From Azolla caroliniana (Eukaryota > Plantae > Polypodiophyta), in the NCBI GenBank assembly GCA_043228905.1, contig JBHGNT010001369.1:1-9331 (forward strand): DNA of 9,331 nucleotides, in the 5' to 3' direction. Shown here one piece after another: positions 1 through 7,835 of the stretch (positions within the stretch are counted from its first letter, which is position 1; every line of letters starts with the position of its first letter). A model generated the notes under the pieces. That model was not told where the DNA came from. It saw nothing but the letters and a program-made list of their open reading frames with translations, and did no database searches. The position numbers were made by a program, and so were the translations under genes.

Positions 1-442
1 TTCTAGATTTCCAATTTACGGTTCCAGACTTCTCCTAGTCCACAAGGCATGCTCTTTCTGGCGCTTCATGTGTTTTCTGCCCGACACATTTGACACCATC
101 ACACGCTCATCCGACTTGCGGTTCCAAGATTTCTGTTTAGGGCATCCTATTCCTCCCTTTGGCCAGCACTAGCTGACATGCGGCACCATCACACTTGCCT
201 GATTTGGAGTTCCAGATTTCCATTTACGGGTTTTAGCCCTCTCACAGTCGCATGCCACTATCACACTTACCTGATTTGGAGTTCCAGATTTCCATTTACG
301 GGTTCTAGCCCTCTCACAGTCCACAAGGCCTGCTCTTTCGGGCGCTTCACGTGTTTTCCGGCAAATATTTGACACCATCACGCTCACCTGACTTGTAGTT
401 CCATGATTTCCGTTCACGGGCATCCCGTTCCTCCCTTTGGCC
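1..442. repeat. Composite tandem/direct repeats, probably LTR U3
   Basis: A ~160 bp block at 1-164 recurs at 282-442. A ~72 bp unit (CACCATCACACTTGCCTGATTTGGAGTTCCAGATTTCCATTTACGGG...) is tandem at ~177-249 and ~250-321. Confidence 0.85.
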
Positions 443-732
443 TAGAAGTCCAACTCCGACCATTGTACCTTAGTGTGAACATTCCTTGTAGTTAGGGCTT
501 AGTTCCCTCTTGTATAACTAGAAGGAATTTCTCCTTGTTCAAACTGACAAATGAATATACAAATCTACTTTTGCCTAACCATTGTGTAACTCTCTCTCTC
601 TCTTTGCATATTTTGTAGCAGAACAATACACATATTGTCTCACGCTTACCCTACGTCTTGCGAAGTTCCACAACAAGATCCACACTTGCTTTTGCATATA
701 TCAGTCGACTAGACACTACAAGTGTCATCAAG

Positions 733-744
733 TGGTATCCGAGT
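733..744 (+). other. Primer binding site, tRNA-iMet type (copia 1)
   Basis: TGGTATCCGAGT versus canonical TGGTATCAGAGC (10/12), 2 nt after a CA terminus and upstream of gag. Confidence 0.8.
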
Positions 745-829
745 GTTCTAGAACCTAAGTAGCGTCAGTATAAGAAGAGCAAAAGCTTTGAAGGAAAAAA
801 CCAGGCTGATAATCACCTTCAAAAGAACA

Positions 830-1928
830 ATGGCTTCAACATCTGGTATAGGTTGTGAAATCAGAAAGTTCAACGACAAAAATTCAGCCCTTGGAAGGAG
901 ATGATGCAGGATGTGTTGATCATCAGATGCCAGATCAAAGCGATCAGGCACAACAACAAACCGTCGACGATGACAGTTGAAGAATAACAGTTTCTTGTCG
1001 AGATTGCGAGATCGATAATCCAAATGCATCTCACCGAAAACGTCTACTTCAACATGGTGAATGAGTCGATTCTATTCGCCCTATGGGAGAAACTTCAATC
1101 GATATACAAAAAGAAGTCGGGCTCCTCCAAACTCATCTTGATTTGACAACTATTCAATATGAAGATGAGGGAGATAGAGCCGACAACCTCCCATATCAAA
1201 ACCTTTAGTTGGTTGGTGATCGAACTCTCCTTGCAAGGTGTGAATTTCGAGGAAGAAATCAAGGCACTTGCACTCCTTTCGAGCCTCTCGATGAGTTGGG
1301 AAGTGTTCTGTACGACTATCACCAACAACTTGACGAAGCTGACGCTCGATGAAGCAATCAGGGTGGTATTGTCAGAAGAACTTCAAACGCCTACTTCACA
1401 CATTGCAGGAAGGTGGGCCACCAAATTGCCGACTGCTTCTCATTAAATAAAAATGAGATCTAGGTAGAAAATTTGAGCGGAACGTAGGCTCTTCTGACTT
1501 GAATCAATCATCTGATGGCAACAATATTCATGTTGCCAAATCACTGTTGACAAAAGCCCTCTTATTAGAAGGCTTGTCGACCGACGAAATCCTGTACAAT
1601 GCACAAGATGCACGAACGTGGTAGCTTGATTTGGGTGCCACCTTTCACGTGACCTCCCAAACAGAATGGTTTTCGAACTATTCAGCTAGTGTCGGCTCAG
1701 TCTGACTTGGAAATGTGCAAGAGTACAAAATCGTTGGAATAGGTGAAATACTTGTTCACTTGCAAAATGGAAGCACCATCACCCTGCACCAAGTCCAACA
1801 CGTACCTAATCTAAAGAGGAGTTTAATCTCCATCAGCATGTTGGCAAAAAATGGTCCGACATGCTGATCTCAAAAGGCAATCTGCATATAGGCCATGGCA
1901 TAAAGTACAATAATTTGTACCCACTTAC
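830..1928 (+). pseudogene. gag-pol: Copia gag-protease pseudogene (Tnt1-like)
   Basis: ATG 830 MASTSGIGCEIRKFN..., LWKEMMQDVL, LWEKLQSIY, KALALLSSL..SW (UBN2-type gag). Decayed knuckle FTHCRKVGHQIADC at 1395-1436. Protease W*LDLGATFHV from 1619 and VQHVPNLKRSLISI...NLYPL. Multiple stops and frameshifts. Confidence 0.88.
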
Positions 1929-2300
1929 TGCAGAAAATAAGGTTTGGCCACAACCGAGATTCATGCACAAGGGAGATGAAACAGAAAATTAGAAAATTAG
2001 AAAATATTTACTTTCACGGGAGACACCAGATGTTAACATGGAAAAACCCCAAGCGGGTAAAAACCACAAGAGCGACTCTGAACAGTTCACTATGAGAGAT
2101 ATACATTGAGTCTCATAGGCAACGACCTCGAGCTCGTCTTCTTCGCATGTAGGCGATACACTTCTCTCTCTCACACAAAATTACAACAATATGAACATCT
2201 CACTTCTAATGTTTTCCCCTAGTTATATTTATACGAATATTACTTTAGGACTATTTATAACTCTGGCCTAAATAGGCGCAACCATAGATTGACAAATGCG
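1929..2300 (-). mobile_element. Opposite-strand copia-type LTR (U5/R/TATA part); right boundary uncertain
   Basis: Copia 1 coding similarity stops at TGCAGAAAAT (1929; CA end on the minus strand). Minus-strand GTGGTTTTTACCCGCTTGGGGTTTTTCCATGTTAACATC (2029-2067) resembles the common plant copia U5 motif. Minus-strand TTATAAATAG at 2251-2260. Confidence 0.6.
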
Positions 2301-2610
2301 TGATATTCGTGATATTCTCCATGTGTGATATTTGCAATATTCGAGAATACAAAATGGCCGTAAAGATATTATAAAACCATTCGTTTTGCAAAATAAATAT
2401 ACAAAAAATTAAGTAATTAATTAAGAAAAAAGAATTTAATTCACTAAAAAAAGAGCAATCATTCATTAATAGATTATAAAAATATGATTAGTATTAACTC
2501 TCCTTTATAGTGTCAAATAAAAAAGGGGAGAGTTTATTAACCTTTATTTTAATTAATTAATTTTTAAAAAATGAATATTTTTATATTTATTGTAGAAATT
2601 TGATTAGTGT

Positions 2611-3014
2611 TGTCATGAACAAAAGTCTTGTCATGATTTGACCTCTTGACCTATTGTATTTAATCGATATGTTTTAACCGATACATCCAATACATAATCA
2701 TGTTACCTTACTAGATTATTATTAATGATCTATTCTACATGTAGGATATTAGAAGCTTCTAGAAAGCTCCGGAAGCTAGAACATTCTAGAAGCTTGTGCA
2801 TGAAAAGTAGTCTTTGCATGGGGATACATTTAGAGTCCATAAACATGTATAAATAGAGGGGTTCACCTTGGCCTTAGTCAAGGTGAACAACACCAATTAC
2901 GGAATCATAATTCAGTTCTTGTTCTCTTGACTACTTTCTCTCTCTCCTTATTATCTTGTCTATGAGCTCTCTCTCACTCTCTTAGTATTGAGCCTCGTCT
3001 ACTTGTCCGTAACA
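2611..3014 (+). repeat. 5' LTR of gypsy A
   Basis: Starts TGTCATGAACAAAAG (12/15 identical to TGTCGTGAAGAAAAC at 5965), TATAAATA at 2848-2855, CT-rich U5, ends GTAACA at 3014. An alternative start is 2629. Confidence 0.75.
2751..2792. promoter_or_regulatory. Two perfect heat-shock elements
   Basis: aGAAgcTTCtaGAAa at 2751-2765 and aGAAcaTTCtaGAAg at 2778-2792 match nGAAnnTTCnnGAAn and lie upstream of the TATA box. Confidence 0.7.
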
Positions 3015-3016
3015 AT

Positions 3017-3027
3017 TTGTTCACCTT
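3017..3027 (+). other. Non-tRNA, self-priming-type PBS of gypsy A
   Basis: TTGTTCACCTT, 2 nt after the LTR end, is the exact reverse complement of AAGGTGAACAA at 2880-2890. Confidence 0.8.
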
Positions 3028-3046
3028 CCATTTTCAAAACCTCATC

Positions 3047-3735
3047 ATGTCAGATTCTACTGAGAACATAAATCAACTATTGGCAGCCATGCATCAACTT
3101 CAACTTGAAAATGAGAATCTTTGGGAATCTCTCCAGAAACTCCAAGCTAGGACTCCAATGGAATTGGAGAATGAGGAACCCAAATGCCCTCCTACATTAA
3201 GGAATCTCCAATTTGTAGAGCTTGGCCCCTCTTCAATCCTCGCTCCAATTCCTCTTCACCCCACTTCAACTATAGAACCCAATGTTAGTTTACTCGACAA
3301 GTTCGATGGCACAAGGGCACGATTCCAAGGGTTCATAAATCAGATCAAGCTTATTATCCGACAACAACCCCAAAGATATGCGAATGACTTTTGCCGACTA
3401 CAACCCATCTAATTCGCTTTTGCCCACTCAAAAGCAATTTGCGACAAGTCTATCGGGACAATCCAACTAGTGGGTCCCAACATTCGGAAAATGACGAGGT
3501 CCAACTACAGTAGGAGCCATGTGGTTGGACATCAGACATACATGCTGCTCCCAAAGTTCTATTAATGACTTTTCCTTCGAGGTAACTCTCTATATCTAGT
3601 CTATTTCAATTCAATCCTTAGTGCTACTCGATTTCGGGGCCACGACGTGTTTTATGGACAAAACTTTGGTTCATAAACCCAACTTTCCTGTTGTCTGGTT
3701 GTCCAAGCCTATCTCAGTTGAAGCTATCGATGGGC
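3047..3735 (+). pseudogene. gag-pol: Gypsy A gag (internally deleted) and 5' pol (protease)
   Basis: ATG 3047. Homology to element B breaks after RYANDF (~3393) and resumes in another frame at the knuckle tail HLIRFCP..RQVY. The -1 frame from 3492 gives GAMWLD...LLDFGA with in-frame stops. Confidence 0.85.
3486..3551 (+). promoter_or_regulatory. Relic -1 ribosomal frameshift signal (gypsy A)
   Basis: G GAA AAT at 3486-3492, 6 nt spacer, 11 bp stem 3499-3509/3520-3530, loop GTAGGAGCCA, possible second stem with GCTCC at 3547-3551. Confidence 0.65.
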
Positions 3736-4188
3736 TATTGAGCGAGCAAGCTCAACCGGATCCGGATCGGCTGAATAAGCTTGAGCCGGATCGACATTCA
3801 GAAGGATGAGCCGGATCCGTATCCGGAAACAACCAGCTGGATCAGAGAGCCGGATTTGAGTGGGAACCAGAAGCCTAGTAGTAGCCTAGTCTACTAGGTA
3901 ATCATTGTCTCGTAGTTAGTGTCAGTCGCTCGTATGAGCATTGAAGTACCTGTCAGTACTTCCGTCAGTCCTTTATGGACTTTGTATAAATAGTGTTGTT
4001 ATAGCACATTGTATGAATATAGAGTTAAAGAGTGTTTTATTATTTTTGAATCTAAGTTTATGTTATGCTCTCTGTGTCTCTCTCCTGTGTATACTCTTTG
4101 TGTATTAAACTTCTCCATTAACGCTTCATCTTATTCTCTGTTGCTATCCAGTTGAGCTGGTTCTGTCTAACACTTCTGCACGTTAACA
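3736..4188 (+). repeat. 5' LTR of copia 2 (ends uncertain by a few bp: 3736/3739 to 4188/4192)
   Basis: TATTGAG (likely a mutated TGTTG) ... TTAACA. Repeated GAGCCGGATC motifs at ~3755-3857, TATAAATA at 3985-3992, followed by a PBS. Confidence 0.7.
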
Positions 4189-4194
4189 TTCAGA

Positions 4195-4206
4195 TGGTAT
4201 GAAAGC
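4195..4206 (+). other. Primer binding site, tRNA-iMet type (copia 2)
   Basis: TGGTATGAAAGC versus TGGTATCAGAGC (10/12). Confidence 0.7.
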
Positions 4207-4288
4207 GCGAGGGTTGAGAACCTCTGCAATTGACACTTGCTTTTGTAGACGAACCCTAGAACCCGGTAACAATAGACAGGAAGAAGAT

Positions 4289-5964
4289 ATGGACAGAGGA
4301 ATGGCGAGTTCACTTCCATCAGAGAAGCTCGACCAGAGCAACTACGCGTCCTGGTCATACAAGATGCACCAATACCTGTTGGGGCATGGATATTGGAGCT
4401 TTGTGAAAGGAACAAATGAGGTAGCATCGGAGCCGGCACACGAGGACTTCCTGATATGGGAGCAAGGAGTGAGCCGAGTATTGTACTGCCTCGCGTCCTG
4501 TGTGCACGACCAGATGCTCGACTAAATAAAGGTTGCAAAAACGCCGAAGGAGGCTTGGGGAAATTTGAGGAAGATTTTCGTGGCAAGTACCATAGCCCGT
4601 AAGTTGTAGCTCTGTCAAGAGCTGAGCAACATCCGGCAAAAAGACATGACAGTTACAGATTACACCACCAAGATAAAGGAGATTTGTGATGCACTCGGGT
4701 CCATCAACGTGACGGTGGACGAAGACGAGATGGTACAAATCTGCCTCAGTGGTCTAGCGCAAAGGTACGAGGTAATCCGGACAGTGATATGCACCCGAGA
4801 GAAGCCACCGTCCTTCTTCGACTTACAATGAATGTTGATGGTCGAAGAAAACCACGCGAGCAGGTTGAGGACCACTGAATCGGACAACTAGATGTTGTAC
4901 ACGGAGTCAGATCGGCCCAATGGACATGGAGGACGAGGTGGGTCGGCACGCAATGGAGGTGGCCGGCAAGAGTAGGACCGAAGGTACAAATTTAGTGTCG
5001 ACAACAGTTCTAGACCCTCCACAAGTAGGGGGAGTCAAAGCGGCGCTTGAAGCTGGCAAGGAAAAGCCGACACAAAATGCTGGTATTATGGCAAAAAGGG
5101 CCACAGGTAAAGCGAGTGTTGGAAGAAGCGCGCCAATTCGGACAAATCTGGATTTGGCAAATTTGGCAAAGCTCGCACTACGCGGAAGGATCAGAAGGAT
5201 TCGGAATCGGGAAGACCGGTAAAGGGTCAACCTTCATGATGAAGCACAAGGATAACTCGATGAAGAAGACTACTTCCAAATCGGAGGAAGTATGATACGT
5301 TGATTCCGGAGCGTCCAACCACATGACGAACCATGAGGTGTGGTTCTCGTTTTTGGAGAAACTAGACCAACCGGGTATTGTTGAAATCGGAGACGACACC
5401 CCTCACCCGATTGTGCATGTCAGAGAAGTCCCTTTAAGCAATGTCGGGCAGAAGGGGAAGTCGATGAACGTACTACACGTTCTGACTATCACCAAAAACC
5501 TGGTGTCGATTGGATAAATCGTCGACCAAGGAATGCAGGTGCGGTTTACGCACCTCGGAAGCTTCATCAAGGAAGAAGGCTAGATAATCGCGCAGGGAAG
5601 GCAACTTGTTCATCCTCAACACTAATGTTTGCCAAAGGACAGAAGATTGAATCAGACATCGATATCTGGCACAAGCGGATCGAAACACTAATGATGTCAA
5701 CTACCAGAGGCTTCAGGACTTGCAATCGAAACAAGTTGTTTTCGGTTTGCCGAAATGTAGCGGCCGGAAGGCCGTAATTTGTGAAGCCTGCCAACTCGGG
5801 AAGCAACACCGGCTTCCATTCCCCACCGAACGAAACCGGGGCCGTAACAAGCTCGATTTAATCCAGTCGGATGTATGGGGACTGACACATAATGTTAGTC
5901 TTGGCGGGAGTCGGTACTTCGTCTCCTTTATTGATGATTACAGTCGGTACACGTGGATCTACGT
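4289..5964 (+). pseudogene. gag-pol: Copia gag-protease-integrase pseudogene
   Basis: EKLDQSNYASWSYKM, AKTPKEAWGNL, MTVTDYTTKIKEICDAL (gag). CWYYGKKGHR*SECW at 5078. *YVDSGASNHM at 5293. IWHKRI, CEACQLGKQHRLPF, LDLIQSDVWG, YFVSFIDDYSRYTWIY (integrase). Many stops and frameshifts. Confidence 0.93.
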
Positions 5965-6622
5965 TGTCGTGAAGAAAACCGGCCATAGGCGGAATCGGAG
6001 AGAAAGCGCGTAAACCGGCCCTTACACGGATGGACGCATGACTTGACATTTTGTACACGAACCGGTGGGTGTAAATACGAAGCCGCACGAATTTATTAGG
6101 GGGGGGGATTGTGTGTATCCCGGGAAGGGGGACAGGGAATAAAGGGAAGAGGATCATGATAACAGTCACATCATGCATCGAAAGGATCATGACACTCACA
6201 TTATGACTCGAAAGGATTTGAACCCACGACCTTGTTGTACACATGTCAAATCCTTAACCATTGTATTAATATTCTTATATGTATAATCTCTAGAATATGA
6301 AATCTAATATCATAGGAATATTCTATATTACTCTACATTCTAGAATGACCTAGAATATTCTAGAGTGTTCTATACCACTAGAACCTTCTAGAATACTCTA
6401 GAGATCTTCTAGATTACTCTACATTCTAGGATAACCTAGAATATTCTAGAGAGTTCTCTATTACTTATAAATAGGGATCTATCACCCATCCCAAACCTAA
6501 ATTGGTTCAACGCCATTTTGTAGCCTACTCTTTGTAATCCATTTTACGCTTCAATATAATAATTCTCTTTCAATTATCTCTCTATCTCTTTTTCTCTCTC
6601 TTTCTCTCTCTTAGTCTTGACA
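5965..6622 (+). repeat. 5' LTR of gypsy B (~658 bp)
   Basis: TGTC at the point where copia integrase homology stops, TATAAATA at 6466-6473, CT-rich U5, ends TCTTGACA at 6622. Confidence 0.75.
6321..6460. promoter_or_regulatory. Heat-shock-element array within a duplicated U3 block
   Basis: Perfect aGAAccTTCtaGAAt at 6380-6394, near-perfect aGAAtaTTCtaGAGtgTTCt at 6352-6371 and its copy. A 54 bp direct repeat at 6321-6374 and 6407-6460 ends just before the TATA box. Confidence 0.7.
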
Positions 6623-6624
6623 GT

Positions 6625-6636
6625 TTGAACCAATTT
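6625..6636 (+). other. Non-tRNA, self-priming-type PBS of gypsy B
   Basis: TTGAACCAATTT, 2 nt after the LTR end, is the exact reverse complement of AAATTGGTTCAA at 6499-6510. Confidence 0.85.
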
Positions 6637-6710
6637 CTTTCCTTTCATCTCTTCATCTTCCACAAACCCTAACAAGTTCTCTTCTTCCTTCTCCTCTCCC
6701 CTCATAAGCT

Positions 6711-7835
6711 ATGGAGTCCGTGAGCAAACAAGAATACATGCGTGTTCTTTCTGAGCTCGACATGCTCACGAATAAATTTGTGGCATTAGAGCATGAGAAT
6801 CAAAGGCTACTTGGAGATCTACAGCACGTGAGCGCCGAAAAAGCTCAACAATATGAAGAGTTATCACAGCGGGTTCATCAACTTGAGGCGACTATATTGT
6901 CATTACGAGAGCAAGCGTCGGGGGCTTAGAACTCCCCTAGAGAGCCAAAGATCAGCCTCCCTGCCAAGTTTGATGGTACGAGGTCTTTATTTCGAGGCTT
7001 TTTGAATCAAGTTCGTTTAGTTATTCAGCTACATCCCAATCGGTATCCAACTGATGCTGCTCGTGTGGGATTAGTGGGAACTTTGCTATGCGGTACGGCG
7101 TTAGCATGGTTCGCACCACTTCTCGAGAAGAAATCACCATTGCTGGAGGATTTCGAGGCCTTTGTTAAAGAGTTTCAAGCTAGTTTCGGAGACACCGACA
7201 GCACTAGGACAGCGATAAACAAGATTCGAAGGCTCCGACAAGGAGATCGTCCCATGTCGTCTTATGCAGCCGATTTCCGTCTCTTGGCATGCGATATCCC
7301 TTGGGATGAGGCAGCTTTAATGGATCAATTCCGTCAAGGTTTGAGAAATGATGTCAAAGATCTTCTTCTTACTTTCCTTGAAGATCCGAAGTCACTTACA
7401 GAAGCCATTAGTCGAGCTGTGCGATGTGATAATCGCCTATTTGAGCGACGTTCTGAACGCCAACAAATGTTACGCCGCCAACCTGAACAGACTTACGCTT
7501 CCGTAGTCGCAACGCCTCCACAAGTTTCTAGACCCATTACAAGGGATGGCCCAACTCCGATGGAAATAGAGTCAACACAACGTCGTGGGCCGTTATCAGA
7601 TGCTGAGAAGCAACGACGTCGAGCGCATCGCCTCTGCCTGTATTGTGGTGGTTCAGGACATATAGCTGTAAATTGTCCACATAAACCTAGGCGTCAAGTA
7701 TACCAAGTAAGTGCCCATGAAAACCCTACATCGAGTTCTATTGTTACTTCTAATAACATAAATAAGCCTCATAGTCCATGTCATGAGAATAGATTCGATG
7801 TCTTGAGTCAATTAGAGGATGTGTTAAACGAGTAA
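6711..7835 (+). pseudogene. gag: Gypsy gag with a single in-frame TAG (6927-6929)
   Basis: ORFs 6711-6929 and 7002-7835 are in the same frame and joined by open codons (EPKISLPAKFDGTR). Coiled-coil-like N-terminus, capsid motifs (ALAWF, LRQGDRPMSSYAADFR), knuckle CLYCGGSGHIAVNC. Confidence 0.92.

Larger units (their letters stand above)
1..1928 (+). mobile_element. Degenerate Ty1/copia LTR retrotransposon 1 (5' LTR, PBS, gag-protease), truncated by insertion at 1929
   Basis: LTR-like end ...TCATCA at 730, PBS-like TGGTATCCGAG at 733-743, copia-type gag, zinc knuckle and protease remnants downstream. The left boundary is not visible. Confidence 0.85.
2611..3735 (+). mobile_element. Degenerate Ty3/gypsy element A (Tf1/sushi/Tcn1-like), cut inside protease
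   Basis: TG...CA LTR, gag homologous to element B (DKFDGTRARFQGFINQIKLIIRQQPQRY), protease VLLDFGATTCFMD...VEAIDG, then an abrupt break. Confidence 0.88.
3736..5964 (+). mobile_element. Degenerate Ty1/copia element 2, cut inside the integrase core
   Basis: LTR, iMet-type PBS, then gag-knuckle-PR-integrase in copia order. Confidence 0.92.

Noticed and set aside
169-423. ORFs 169-423 (-) and 178-372 (+) with internal repeats; CRISPR-like appearance
   Set aside because: They are a by-product of the 72 bp tandem repeat. There are no unique spacers or cas genes, and the context is a eukaryotic retroelement.
3621-3809. 62 aa ORF as a protease fused to a novel tail
   Set aside because: It is a chimeric read-through from the gypsy A protease into the inserted copia 2 LTR at 3736.
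6099-6115. G9 run followed by TG as a PPT/LTR junction
   Set aside because: No internal element sequence precedes it, and it fits inside the U3 of LTR B.
4167-6244. Many overlapping minus-strand and alternative-frame ORFs
   Set aside because: They overlap the decayed copia 2 polyprotein or LTR and have no independent motifs.
6205-6280. Functional tRNA gene on the minus strand
   Set aside because: The acceptor, anticodon and T stems do not pair properly; only the promoter-box-like motifs remain.
6244-6622. Shorter LTR B starting at TGTCAA (6244), a 6 bp inverted match to TTGACA (6622), implying a sixth element at 5965-6243
   Set aside because: The 5965 start matches the LTR A start (12/15) and coincides with the integrase break, and the tRNA-like cassette is continuous across 6244. 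It is not fully excluded without the 3' LTR.
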